This document shows positions 40,201 through 55,560 of a stretch of 64,000 bases of DNA, piece by piece. This stretch comes from Octopus sinensis (taxonomy: Eukaryota). The translations under genes and the position numbers were made by a program. The notes beneath the pieces were generated by a model that saw nothing but the letters and a program-made list of their open reading frames with translations, had not been told where the DNA came from and searched no databases. The DNA lies in contig NC_043002.1 of assembly GCF_006345805.1 (NCBI RefSeq), positions 116,870,001 to 116,934,000 on the forward strand. The letters run 5' to 3'. Position 1 is the stretch's first letter. Each line of letters begins with the position of its first letter.

Positions 40201-41318
40201 GTGATTGTACATATGTTCTATATCTTTGGCTATACTGTCCGTGTAGTTCGTTAATATGGTTGCAGCTTGACACTTTGTTGGTGTAAGGTAGATATGTTAT
40301 GTATCTACAGAATATGATGATTTCTCAGAAACAAATTAATGTGTTCATTTAAATTCGTACAACTTTTCAAAGTGTAACATACCTTAAAATGTAGGATACA
40401 GCAATTAGATAACATATTATTTTGGAGTATTCGTAGCGTTTTCGGTGTTAATGATTGCGGTGGTTATACTACAGAAAAGCAAAATATGCATCATTTAAAA
40501 TTCAACAAGAAATATCGGATACAAAATCTGAAAAACAGAATTCATCTTATAATTCAAGCACATACTCAGAAATGCAGAAAATAAGGTAACAACCAACACA
40601 GTTTTCCCAAACAGCTATAAATATTTTATTAAAGCATAATTCTGATCGGATGGGGGTAGTGTTTGTTAGAACATCAGTTCTGGAAAGTGAACAAGAAGTG
40701 ATAGTTCGCAGCCGCGGCGGAGAAGTGCCAGGTAACAACTGATTTAAATAGAAAGTGGTCTATTGTATTATCGTTTTAGATTTTCGTTTTCGAAATGATT
40801 TCATTTTGCTCTAAAAATTTTCAACTTTAACGTGAAATGAGCATTAGTTCATATTATAATGTAGTCGTGCCTATTTACGTGTGCTGAATAAAATCAAGAT
40901 TGAATTTTAAAAAATTGTTAACAAAATAAAGAAGGTTTCTGTGCTTCTCAGGGTAATATAATTGCTACTTTCCAATGCTGTTAGTGATGCCCACGTTATA
41001 CGGGGGAGGAAGACAAAGCTGGAAAAATTATATTACTGAAAGTTTTGGTTATATAATTATCACTTCAAACTAATATCGTTTTAAAATACTTTCAGTCCCG
41101 TTTTACTAATTCTATTTCAAAACAAAAACAAAAAGAAGAAATAATGTTAAATCTTATCTTTTTGATGAAAAATGATTGAACATAGAAATAAGATTTAAAT
41201 CAAAACTAGTATTATCTTTATTAATAAAAACTTCTTACTATGAATATTTCTGTAAGCAGGTGTTTATTTATGTATATATATGTATATATATATATTATAT
41301 ATATATATATATATTATG

Positions 41319-41372
<54 letters not shown>

Positions 41373-41396
41373 TATGTATATGTATACATCTATATA

Positions 41397-41481
<85 letters not shown>

Positions 41482-42889
41482 TGTATGTATGCATGCATAT
41501 AACCATTCGTACATCTGCTTACATGTTCTTATGCATACGAAGAATTTTGTTACTACGTGTTTGTGCAGAAACAGAGATACATAATCATGTAAATGAGATT
41601 GAACATATTTTATTCTAATTGCAATTTATTCATAATTTATAGAAGCTCTATAGTTCTTTAGTGCAAAATATAATTACAATGATAATTCTTACCGGGAGGT
41701 AAGAGATTATAATCGTAATATGTTATGCCAAATGAAACGAAATTAAAAAATTAATATTCTAATATTTTGCGAAATATTTGAAAATGGAAAAGAAAAAAAG
41801 CATAATATGAATATGTGATTGACTTACAAACGTACAGAAAACACTAATTTGTAAAAGATGATTCAAGTTGCCTAGCTGTTAAGTCACTGATAGGGAACAC
41901 ATTGTCGTATCGTAAATTCGACAACTTTATAAAACAATGTTTACTTTTCAACCATTTGTGCAGAATACTTATAGGATATTTATCTATTTGAAAATAGTTC
42001 TAGAATTCTATTTATTTAAATCAGTGGTATTATCACATAGAAATCAACTCAAATATTGTTATACATCGGTTGACATTAACTTCTAAGGCAGTGTCATACA
42101 ATGACCAAAACGTGCAAGAGGTTAGTCAAATAAGAAAAACATATAACTAGCTGATATTTTGTCATGAAATGTGTCCTTTGTTTAAAAAAGGGAGAAAAGC
42201 TTGCTATTAGCACTTGCTAATATTCTATCACGTCTCCATAATAAAAGAAAGTGGTTGAAATAGCACTATTTTTTATTAACAATAATAACCCAGTAATTTC
42301 ATATATTTGAAAAAAGACCAGATAAAAGTCGTTTTAACATGAAAATCTTTGTTCCTAGATATTCGAAATTTTTTTCATTTAAAGAAAAGAATTATCAATT
42401 GTCCAGGGTGTATCTTATTTTATATCCCTTATTTTGTAATTTCAATTTTTTTCTAAAATATTCGAACTTGTAGTAGATTTTCAATTTAGCTCACTTTTCA
42501 TTGAATAACAGAGAGTAACTTATGAAATCTGAAAACTGTGGTGGTGATATGAAAAAAGACATTTATATGGAATATATAATTTCTGTACAGTCGAGAATTC
42601 TCAAGACTCTTTTGATATAATTCCAAATTTGGGAAAGTGCTAAATAGGTTTGTGCATATTTTTAAATGAAAAAATCTAAGAAAAGTATAATTCGATATTT
42701 TTCACTGGTTAACTTATTAATAATTTATCGTTTTACACTTAAGTCACACATACTATAATATTTGTAGATTTCCTAATATCTATACCACTATTATTACTTT
42801 GCTGTCTACAGTCTTCAATGGACACTTATGTCTCAATATTTCGTCAGTTAAAAAAATAACTATTATACGATTATAAATATTATTATTGC

Positions 42890-43120
<231 letters not shown>

Positions 43121-43507
43121 GTATGAGAAGGAGAAAGAGAAGTAGAAGAAAGCAGCAGTTGTTCACAGTGAAATTTGAATTTTAAATTTGTCCCTATATT
43201 TCCCGACGTAGAAATATCCTGATAAAAAATGCTGAAATATTCTGATATAACAAGTTCTGTTTTATTCAAGAACGGCCATTTTGAAAGAACATTTGGGCGA
43301 ACATTTGTTTTAGTAATTCAATAATAAGTTAACTTATCAGTATTTATAAAGATCATGTATATGAATACAATTCCCTGATATTTAGCAATTGAAATTTTCT
43401 ATTACAAAGGCACACAATTACGCTCACATACGTACAAACTCGCAAAACAAAGACATACATATTTTTAGATACCTACGTCTATCTATGTGTGTATACACAC
43501 GTCTATA

Positions 43508-43555
<48 letters not shown>

Positions 43556-44073
43556 CATATATACATACACATTTATGCCTACGTACATATATATAAACGT
43601 ATTTATCTGCGGATGTAAGCTCATATCTGCGTCTGCGAAACTTTAACTATTGTGAGGCTGCGTCAATCCGTTGTTAAATACTTACAACAAATGTGTTTCT
43701 TATGTGATTCTTTCATTCGCTTAACTACTCCTATATATAAGTGCTTATGTGTGTTTTAAAATATACATTCTTTGTAAGATCTTCATACAAAAGAACGTAT
43801 TGTTACAAATAGTGATGTGATATTTTGCAAATAGAGTTGTAAACTCTTTACTGCGTCATATACTTAAGTTTATATATTGGCAATTACGTGTTTTGAGCAC
43901 TCATATGTATATAGAAACGTTCTGTAGACGCATGTAATTTTAAATGTAATATATATTACTGCTGCTTTTTTATACTATTAATTTAAGTAAAAGTCTTACC
44001 GTAAGTTAAATGGTAAGACTTTAAGTAAAAGTCTTACCATTTAACTGCTTTCTGTTTACGCTACATATATATA

Positions 44074-44126
<53 letters not shown>

Positions 44127-44295
44127 TGCATGTATTTATGTATTAATATATATAGCTTCATATATATATATATACATATATCTATATGTATGATACATAT
44201 ACATATATATATATACATAGGGATACATGCGCTTATATATATATATATACATATATCTATATGTATGATACATATACATATATATATATGTATAT

Positions 44296-44332
<37 letters not shown>

Positions 44333-47300
44333 CTTGTGAAAATAAACATTAAACGAATTCTCATTCTATACTGAAACTGAATATTCTAAAACAGTTAAAA
44401 TTCCAAACTATTTTCACAATCTAGAATACCAGACGACTTTTATCTGACCTTTATACGTATAGTCAGTGTGATGAAGTAACTCGTTGAATTAGCAATAATA
44501 CATTTCCAGGTGCTGGTCATGCTTAGTGTTTACTAAAGCGGCATTATGGCAAGTAAGCATTAATAACTTCACACTGAGTTTATGGTTCTCTATAGCTTTT
44601 TGAATTTTTTAAAAATTTCTTTTAGAAAAGAATAAGAAAAGAGTCACTCACTTACCAGAACAGTTACTTAACAATGACCCTTCACTCACATTTTGTTCTG
44701 TTTTCAAAACCACTTTCTCATTAAAAACTTTTCAGAAATATTCTCTCTTTTTATTTTCATACGTCACATTTTCTTTAATATTATTAAAAGTTTTATCCAG
44801 TTGTGAGATTTTAAACAAACATAAAATTATATTTTACATTTTTCTTATTTTCATATAAAAACGATGCATATACGTTTGTTTGCACCTTAAAAATGTTCTT
44901 GCACTGATGAAAAATTTCTTTATTATAGTTATCTACTAAGTACATTGATGATCCATGAGTCAATGCCGTCTAGATCGCAAGTGATCTAAGTGTATTCGTG
45001 GTAGCAAACTGATTGGTTGAATCAAAAATGTGCAGAGCAGATAAATTCATCCAGTGCGTTCATATCCAATAGATTAAAAAAGATTATTGTACACAGTTCT
45101 GATGTCAAGATTTTCAAGACATCAGTTGATCAGAAATGGTGAAAATGGGAGAAATTAAGGAAAAGTGAACAATATTTGATTATACCTTAGACAAAAAATT
45201 GTTAGTGTAAAAAATCTACGCTGAAGTGAACAGAAACATAACACACATGTAATGCAAGAGAGACATAAGACAAAAACAATAAATAATTATTTTTAAGCGT
45301 ACAGAATGTTTTGTCTTAGTAAAAAGTTTGTAATTTTGAAATTTGTTCTGACTAATAATTTCAGGAGACAATTTATACATATCTGTGTGTAACTATATGT
45401 AACTATATGTAACTATATGTTTCGTCTATCTATTCCCTGGCTAGTGTTTAATATTCACAATGTAGTTTCTATAGAAAACAATATTCTAAATTAAATATAT
45501 TGCATGTGAAATATCCATATTGAATCTTGAGTATATGGCTGTTCTGATAATGGATACATTTTGAAAGTTCAATATGATGTAATGCCCTCATTTATTAAAG
45601 CTTTAACCTTTTTGCAATATAACAGAAAATGCAAAATATGTAATCAAGTTCAGTTTCGGTTTAAACATCTGTATGTATATATCTAGTTCTCTTATTAGAA
45701 AATTACGATAAAATTATCAACCCTTAATACTAAGTCACTTGGTTCGAATACTTATAACTACATATTCACATACATTATTGAAAACGTAGCTGCCTTTCTC
45801 AAATAAATGGAAGACTTTAGATATACAATATACACAAAACGAATTGACTGCAATGAAATATTACTCAATTCCAGGAAACAATAATATTTTAAATTAGTAG
45901 TTAACAATGTAAAGCTTTCAGGAAACCCAATGAATTCTAAATATGTAGTAAAAATACCAATTAATTTATTTTTCTTGGACAAAAGAAAGAACTATTGCAA
46001 TAAGTCAAGCTGATATACATCGGAATAAAATTTCATTAAATCAGCGGATCACACAATTTATTCCACCAATCAGAATGCTACCACGAATACAAATTGACTT
46101 GGTGTGAACTTTATTCGGCGTGATCTCTTGAATGTTAATGTGTTACACTGAATGCTAATAACAAATCAGAAAAAAAAGCCTTGACACGGAAGCATAGATG
46201 CACACGCACACAGACACACGAACACACATACGCACACTCAGACACACGCACACTCAGACATACACGCACATACATATACGTACAAGTATACAATTATACT
46301 GCAGCAACTCAGAAACAATTTAATTAGAGGAATGTTTTTTTAATGACTGGAAACTTTAAAGGAATATTAAAACTATTATTGCCATAAAAGGGAGATTTAT
46401 TTGTATTTTGATGTGAAAGTGAGGTAAATTTAGCGTGAACTATTAGCATAAAACTGTTCTATTCAAAACTAAAGTTGGAGTGAACAATATTTCCATTAGT
46501 GTTCAGAGTAGACTTATTTGCAGACTATCATCATACTAACTTCATTATAAAGTAGGCATTTTCTTCCAAGTATTACTATTAGACATTTTTCTAAGTTAAC
46601 TAAAGAGCTAATTCACTGTAAAAGGGCTATATTTGAACTAATTTAAGTTAACATTCTGTGAAACATGTTATGGCTAAGTATATAATGAAACAAATATTTC
46701 TATTACCTATTTACATATTGTAGTTTTAATCATGAATACAAAACAAAACATCTATTTCATAAATATATACTGAAATTAAAAGACAAAAACGACCACACCA
46801 TGGGCATCTATTTGAATTAGAATCCTGATTACATTTTCAAGAAACCCACTGCGTACTTATATTAATAAATGAAAGAGAATTAAAAATAACTATTAGCTAA
46901 TAACTAATGTCCATTTGATTATTTCTAAGCCTCAATATATTTTAATGCTTGTTTTAATGTTGTACATTAAATACCATTGGCTTCCAGGAATAGACCAAGA
47001 TAAAATACCGTACAACATAATTTTTCGAAATCATTTCTAAGTTTTACGTGTTTTCTTTTTTTTCCGTGCTTTTTTTCGTTCTTTTTTTTGCGAACTCAAA
47101 TATCTATAGATAAGGATTGCCAAAAGGCTTCCATATTTAACGAGGAATTTTCAGAACTCAGACATTTCAGATAATTATTAAAGATACTTACTTCACGTAT
47201 CAGGCTAATTTACATTGCAGCAATGAAAAAGTGTTGCTGCAGATTAAAAGTGATATCGTAAGGGTCAGCTAACAAATGTGAAAACTATTTATTGTCTTGC

Positions 47301-48277
47301 ATAGGTTATCATTTATAAATTTCTTTTCAAACTTTAATTATTTGCAACAATGACAGATATATTTAAGGATATGAATACAAATTGTATTAGTATGTGTTTG
47401 TATATTTGTACGCGCACACATTCACGTACAAAAATAAAATAACAAACAAATCAAAGATACATACATGCATATTTGTGTGTATGTCTCTGTGCGTGTGGGT
47501 GTATATATTTACATACATACATACACACACACATATATATACACGCGCAGATGCTTACAAGCACACATACATATATATATACATGCATACATTTGTATGT
47601 GTGTATGTATGTATATATATATATATATACAGTATATGACACATTCCATTTAGTTATGATTTCAAGAGCTTGGAAGCTAAAAGGAATTTCCTTAAACTTG
47701 TTTTGATGAGAAACCCACTAAAAATCGATACCATAAGTTACCTACTAGTTAACTATTATCTTTAACCTTAATTTTAATGTACGACTATCCGAAAGCAAGT
47801 TTAAGTGGTATTGAATGTGACGGTGTATGTATATGAATTAAAATATACTGTGTAAGACCACGTACACATCATGTAACTTATCAAATACATGCAACTACTT
47901 TACATAAAACATATTTAATCGCCCAAAAGCCAATATTTGATCTTTCCCTCTTATATAATCTATTTCAGTTGAATAATAACAAAAACTATTTAACGTGAGA
48001 AAGTAAAACGAAAAGCAAATGCTCCATTAAATGTCGCTCTACTTCACATTTTTATCACCTTACACCACTAGCACATTATAAACTGATCCACCTATTTTAA
48101 AACGTATGTGTGTTTGATACGCTAAACAGCATATATATAAATCTGCGTGTGTGGCCGTGCGTATGTGTGTATATAGCGTATATGTGTGTCTAAGAGTGTA
48201 TGCATGAATTTGTACATACATATGGAAATATATATTCATATGTACACACACACACATATATATTATATATATATGAT

Positions 48278-48436
<159 letters not shown>

Positions 48437-48866
48437 GATAGATATATGATAGGTAGATAAATATAAGTATTACATTCGCTATTATAGAGAGATAGCTGGA
48501 TGAGACGGATACAAGTATGTTATAATAGAAGGTAGCACTTTTATGAATTGTCTTTATAATGCCAGATAAAAATAAAAAATACTTTCTTAAGGAAAGGAAA
48601 ACTATTTGCAAACTAAAACTTTCAAATTTTAAAAAATTGCTCAATCGTGAGATAATGTTTTAATGTCTCATATTCTTAGGTTGGCCTTGCATTATCTATT
48701 GCGCTATGAACGTTCCCGATTATACTCAGCAGAGAATATGTATAGAATTTCAGTATACATACACTCAAAGAGAATATATATTTGCTTAAAGATTTAAAAA
48801 AAAAATTCTAATGACTGAAATTATTTTCTAAATATATTTCATATTCGCAATCGGCAAAGTCAAATA

Positions 48867-48921
<55 letters not shown>

Positions 48922-48956
48922 CATATACATATACATATACATATATATATATATGA

Positions 48957-49006
<50 letters not shown>

Positions 49007-49897
49007 TATATATGTATTATATATATATGTATATATATATATATATATGAATATATATATATGTATATATACACATGCATATGTATATATATGTACACAC
49101 ACACACACATAATATATATATATATATATATGTATATGTGTTTGTGTGCGTGCCAGTGTATGGGTGTATGCACTTGTATTTGTGTGTGTGTGCACGTGAG
49201 TATGTGTATACACAAGTATAACGTACAATGTGTAGTAAATTATAAAATAATTACAAATATGAACTTATGCTTATAAGAAATAATGTGCACATAGGTGCCC
49301 ATAAAATACAGAAACACACATGTGTACGTATGTAATGGCTACATACATATTCATGCTTGATTTAAGTTTTCTATTTGCAGATTTGTCATTGTAAACATTT
49401 TCCTTTATTTCTCTTATTATTTCTTCCTTTCTTTCTTTTCTATTTGTTTTCAAAACCGTGAAAAAAGTAGTTTGCAATAACCAATATACCGCAGAGAAAG
49501 TTTCCTTTCCAACAAATACGATTACACATTCATTCCTACTGCTTATTTTGTTTGATTTCATGAAGAAAAAAATGATCTCATTTCTTCATAAACACATGAG
49601 AATTCAATTTAACGGCATAACAATCAGTAATGACATTAATAACAATAGAATAGCTTTTATAGTTTACAACGCTCTTCGTTTTTTTTCTTTAAATGTACTG
49701 CAATGTTTAGTGTATCGTTAATACATTTTCATTAAATGGTCTTTGTATCTGGCAGATTTATTAAAAGGACTTTTTAATCATCAGTTATAAAGACAGCGTT
49801 TAACATTTGGATATCATATCTCTATATATTCGTATGTCTACATATATGCATACATAAATACATAAATTTGTATGTGTGCATTGTTTATATATATATG

Positions 49898-49935
<38 letters not shown>

Positions 49936-51227
49936 TTATATATATACCACACACTTATATATATGCGTGTGGGGGTGGTGTGTGTATGTGTGTGCTTCAG
50001 TGTGTTTGTAAATTGATATATACATACACTTATTTATAGATACATAGATATGTATATATATATAATATACATATACATTTGCATATGTATATATGTACAT
50101 ATATACGTGTAACTATAACTTGATAATTAATACGAGATAATTTTTGCATGTATGTATATATTTAAAGATACATAGAGATTGACAATTGCTTATACACACA
50201 CACAAACACACACACACGTACACACACATACATGTATATATATATATATATGTTACATATATATATATATATGTATATAAGAAGTAACGTTCGTGTTAGT
50301 TATTCTTTATCAATTTTTGAATTATTTCGTGCTCTTTAATTTTACACATCGATGCGTTCGATTTCCGAGGGTGCTTTATTTCAATCATAAAATCGTCTTG
50401 CATGTCTGGAACTAATTTAGCAGAACTGCATTTTACTTGTCATCATATTTTCAATTACCGCTTTCACTTTGTTTTTGTTTCTTTAGTCCGTTGAACAAGA
50501 AAAGTAGAAAACTGAGGCAGAATTATTATAATTGTATTCTGCTTAATATTTTAGAGGTCTTTTTACATGGCAAACACCATTCTATCTCAGATTGCTGTAA
50601 TGTAAATTTGATATATATATATATGCATATATATGTATATGTATATGTATATATGTATATGTATATATATGTATATATATATGTATATATATATATACAT
50701 ATATATATGTATATATATATATATATATGCATATATATATATTATATATGTATGTATGTATGTATGTATATGTATGTATGTATATACACATATACCTTTT
50801 CTGTATCTGGTTTTCGTCAGCGTGCGTTCGTATATATTATAAGTGAAGCTACGCATTAAGTTCATTTAAATTGATGAGTGTGTGCCAATGCATGTCTTTT
50901 ATCAGTATATGTGTACTTACATATCATCCAGGCCATCACGCTGGAAATTTTTTAATTTCTTATTTTGCTCTCTTTCATATATAATTTCGTTTTGAAAAGA
51001 TGGCCCTGGACAACAGGGTGGACGTAAAATGAAGTCTCACTTGTGAAAAGATCAAATCATCAAATTGTATACATGACTTGTCACTTGGTTTCCGTTTTAT
51101 CATTTGCTTGAAATGTTAAATTGAAATTTCTTAAGGAACGGTTCCTCTTGCTTGTCCTCTGATATTATTCAGCTTTGTCTCAGAGATAAGATAGGATATT
51201 GAATTAAAACTAAGAGATTAAATAAAC

Positions 51228-51278
<51 letters not shown>

Positions 51279-51741
51279 ATATAATATATATATATATTGT
51301 AAAACGCATCTAAATATTTCTGTTTCTAAATATACTTTTACACACAAGAACTGACACATGCAATATAAGTTATTCATATATGTTTAGTATTTTACGCAGT
51401 AAAATGCCAATAATATAATATGATCACCTTCTATCTAACATTTCATTTAGAAATTAAATACAAAGCAACATTTACAAATACTTATGTATTCCAATTATTT
51501 AGGTGGAATCATTTATATGAAAACTGTGAATATTTCATTTGTTTATATTTTAAACCTAATATGCTACACATTCATTCAGTTAAAATACGTTTACTACGAA
51601 TATATATGGGTAATATACAATAGATTTATAACTTTTAACTTACGGGCAATTTGACACTTTTATATACATGAATGTATTTATACATCACTTTGTTTTTCTC
51701 TCTCTCATATCCACATGCGCATGCACACATATATCTTTGTA

Positions 51742-51790
<49 letters not shown>

Positions 51791-51888
51791 CAAAGATATG
51801 TGTGTGCATGCGCATATATAAATATATATATGTATATATATGTGTATATATATAATGTTTGTATATATATATATGTGTGTGTTTGTAA

Positions 51889-51919
<31 letters not shown>

Positions 51920-52116
51920 CACACACACATACACTCATATATGCATACAAACACACATATATATGCGTATGCATATATGATATATGTATATATTTACACA
52001 CATATTCATACATTTGAATTAACTAAATACATTAGTGTATATCCATTTTCTCCTACAGTATATCTATCAAACTCTCCCTTTTGTACAAACTCGCACCGTT
52101 GCATTCTTTCTCTTTG

Positions 52117-52202
<86 letters not shown>

Positions 52203-52341
52203 CATATATATACATATATGCGCATGTGTGTATACATATATAATATAACATTGCATATATGTATACTCATACATTCTACTGGCTAAATTAATACATTGCT
52301 ATATAATATTAGTCTACGTATGTATTAAGGTAAATATTACA

Positions 52342-52405
<64 letters not shown>

Positions 52406-52699
52406 CCTTACGCACACACAAATATATCTCGACTTATACACATACAAATATATGCTTGTAAATACATATTAATGTAAGTGTATGTAGAGACACACACACA
52501 AATACATTAAGATATATGTGAGTATATGTGTGTGTATATAAATATATATCTGTGTGGTTAGAGCAATATATTATAAATATTATATCAATATAAATTGCAT
52601 TGAGAATTTTGAGGCAAAGAAGGTGTAGGAAGAGGACAAGAAGAAGATTACAAACGGAAACCTCATGTTAATCCATGCAAAATGGAAGCCTGTTTTGTC

Positions 52700-53161
52700 T
52701 TATTTTCTAACAAATATCACTAGAACCCCAATAACGTTGACCAATACGTACACGATAAAAAACAGTCTATCTGTAACGCAAGCTATCACTCGCCATTCTC
52801 GCACCAATTTTTCACGTTCTTCCAATTTCATTTTTTTTTCTTGGACTTTATCCAACATTTCCCGGATAGCTTTGACCTCTTCGAGAATGGCAGAGCGCAT
52901 CAGAGACTGTCTATCATCATGTTGTTCTATGACCGTATCAGGAACCGAGGGTTCAAGTGTATCCGATGATGCAGACATTTTTTCGTCTTTATTTTCAAGT
53001 AATCGCACCTTCGCAAATTTCGCATCGGCTGCAGGAAATTTCTTGTTATTTTCGCCAGTCACCTTTACATTCCAGTTTCGCATTTTGGATTGTTCTTTAT
53101 GATTCTTGTCCATCACTTGGTCGCGGAGAAAAAGGACACGCGCTATTCCGTCAATCATAAC
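52700..53161 (-). CDS. nAChR-like subunit, terminal coding exon (MX, intracellular loop, MA helix, M4, stop)
   Basis: Acceptor ttcttccttcag|GTT ATG ATT. The frame is open to TAA at 52702-52700 and ends ILEEVKAIREML...EWRVIACVTDRLFFIVYVLVNVIGVLVIFVRK*, the EW..A.V.DRL.F pre-M4/M4 signature of cation-selective Cys-loop receptors. Confidence 0.93.
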   Translation of the reverse strand, partial: VMIDGIARVLFLRDQVMDKNHKEQSKMRNWNVKVTGENNKKFPAADAKFAKVRLLENKDEKMSASSDTLEPSVPDTVIEQHDDRQSLMRSAILEEVKAIREMLDKVQEKKMKLEEREKLVREWRVIACVTDRLFFIVYVLVNVIGVLVIFVRK

Positions 53162-53787
53162 CTGAAGGAAGAAGTGAAATTAGAAGGTAATTAAAATAAA
53201 GTTAACCTAATATGTGTTTTACCAAAACGTTAATCAAATAAACCAATGGAACCGTTCACTTAAAGTTTTAATATTCAAATATAGAATTTAATACATTCAT
53301 ATAACACTCAATTTTCTCTGGGAATTATTCTGAATTCGATGTATTGAAAATGAACTTAATGCATTTTAACTTTTTTATGTATTTATAATTCTAAATGAAA
53401 AGAAACATTATATAATTAAATAATTATTCATTTTTAAACCTGTGTAATCAAATATGTCGATAATCTTGTGTTATTAATCAAGCAGATATACAGCCGAACT
53501 ACTAGGCACAATAAACCGCTTTACTATTTCATGCCAAATCAAGAGCGTATTGCACTCTCTGTATTAATTTTCAGTGGACGTGGAGAGTTACACTTACGCA
53601 TTGTTCTCTTCCAATTCTCCCGTCCATATTTGTATAGAAGCACATTCTGGTGGTGTGAAAAGCGCCAAGCGAGGAGATGGACTCGGTTAGAGTGTGAAAT
53701 TTCTTGACACTGTGTTACTGGTAGGCAACATGGCACAGTGTTTGCATATAGTTCTGCGTGTAAGCATTTTGATATTTCTAGTGACTG

Positions 53788-54006
53788 AAGGTGGCGAACT
53801 GATGAAATTGTCAGCAAGCCAGGCAAAATGCTTCAGGATGTTTTGTTCATTTTTACGTTCTGAGTTCAAATTCCGCCGAGGTCGACGTTGCCTTCCGTCC
53901 TTTTGGAGTCGATAAAATAAGTACCAGTTGAACACTGGGGTCGATGTAAATGACTTACCCTTCTCCAAAACTTGGTGACCTTAAGCCAAAATTTTAAATC
54001 AATATT
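53788..54006 (+). mobile_element. SINE family B in the last intron of the nAChR-like gene
   Basis: aaggtggcgaactg..ttacgttctgagttcaaattccgccgaggtcgac..gtcgataaaataagtaccagttgaacactggggtcgat; B-box-like gagttcaaattcc. Confidence 0.8.
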
Positions 54007-54449
54007 TCTCGTGGATGAGTTTGAGAGCATGTTGTTGCTTAGCTCTAGTTCGATATTGATACAACAAGTATGAACAAAGGTGTTCTACCCATGATAGTTC
54101 CGTCACTTTATATAAATAGGTCTACGTTATCCAAGTTACCCTTTATTTGAAAGGTGTAATTTGAGACAGATATGGCTACAAATTGTGGAATCTAATGGGG
54201 TTTTGTAATTTTTATATGTATTGTTAGTGATTATGAAGTATGGAGTTTGCTGCCGCAACAAATTGCGCCCCTCGCAAATTCAGTTGATTAGGACTTGTAA
54301 GATTATGTGTTTTGGTAAAATAGAATAAAAATAACAAAAGTAATTCAATATATAAATTGCTGAAATAATTTTCATGCCAATCGCTTGATTTCATTAACGT
54401 GTCAAAATTGCATTGTTTTACCTTTTGTCACATAATTCGTATAACATCA

Positions 54450-55560
54450 AGCACATATAATCCTATATTTTGACAATTTAATATAGTTGATAACAGACAA
54501 CAACGATATAAAATTCCAGTATAATGAGATATATGTTACATGATTAAAGAGGTTTTCGGACTCTACGGGTACATGAAGGTGAAGGTATCTATAAAACATG
54601 CAATAATGCATGGGAAAAGTAAGAGTGCCAGGAAGCAACGTAACAGTAACTTCATTAGGCTGGCAGTTAGTTGTAATCTCAAAGCTACACGCATGCATAT
54701 TGGGCTATATGGTCTCTCTTCACTTACTCTGGAGAAGGTTAGCAGCTTGAACGCTTGAGCAACTCTTTTCAGAAATACACTGCTAAACACTTGGCTATAA
54801 AAATTACTTTAAATATTGTCTTTTTCGCCCATTTTCTACCCAACATGCAGTAATGGATCTCACCTAACAACATACTCATACCTCAAGTCAATGTGCACAT
54901 ACCTCAACCAAAAGCAGCCCTGATAGGACAAGCATTGTCGAATAAAGTTAGTTGCATTCCAGCTTGAATGGTAGCTCCCTTGCAGGAGAAAGCAGAATCG
55001 CCTGCGGATACGGCTTGTTTGAAAGAAGTCGAGGAAGTAAAGAGTAACGACAGACTGAATTTGGCGATGCAGTAAATGAACAGACTGAATTGGCATGCCA
55101 AATAACTGGGCTACAGTCTAACAAAGATGTAAAATTTTACAGATTTTGACGTATAAATATCGGATGTCATACAAAGGGTTGGAATATGTGCTGTTTTAAT
55201 CGTCTTGATATTCGCTGAATTTGACCAGGTTTGGTGCGATTGTGAGTCTTCGATTTTCCAACCACTCTCTGTTTCCCTTGCTTTATAGAATTTAAATATA
55301 CTATGTTCAGTCTGATTTTTGAATGGCTGTTACGAAAACAAAATGGATAGTCCGTTGGGTATGGTTGTCCAATCAAGAAAGATAACCTTTTCTAGATTTT
55401 TCTCTGATATTGTGAGAGGCAAAACTTTCCTTAAATGGAATTTCTACTCCATAAAATACCTTCTGCATTCAGATGTTCTCTCCGATTCTCCATAAAACAA
55501 CTTTCGCACTTACACCGTCAGCGTAACTAGTTGGATTTGAACATTTTGAAACATATTCGT
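54450..55560 (-). mobile_element. Heavily decayed CR1/L2-group LINE remnant (intronic)
   Basis: Scattered minus-strand remnants (FCFRNSHS, KQRVV, MFYRYLH) resemble CR1/L2 RT and C-terminal motifs. No intact catalytic motif found. Confidence 0.35.

Noticed and set aside
44656-44697. 42-nt minus-strand segment ending in gtaagt (QNVSEGSLLSNCS)
   Set aside because: Weak polypyrimidine tract, no recognisable homology and no partner exons.
52665-53102. 145-aa plus-strand ORF
   Set aside because: Antisense shadow of the nAChR-like terminal exon.
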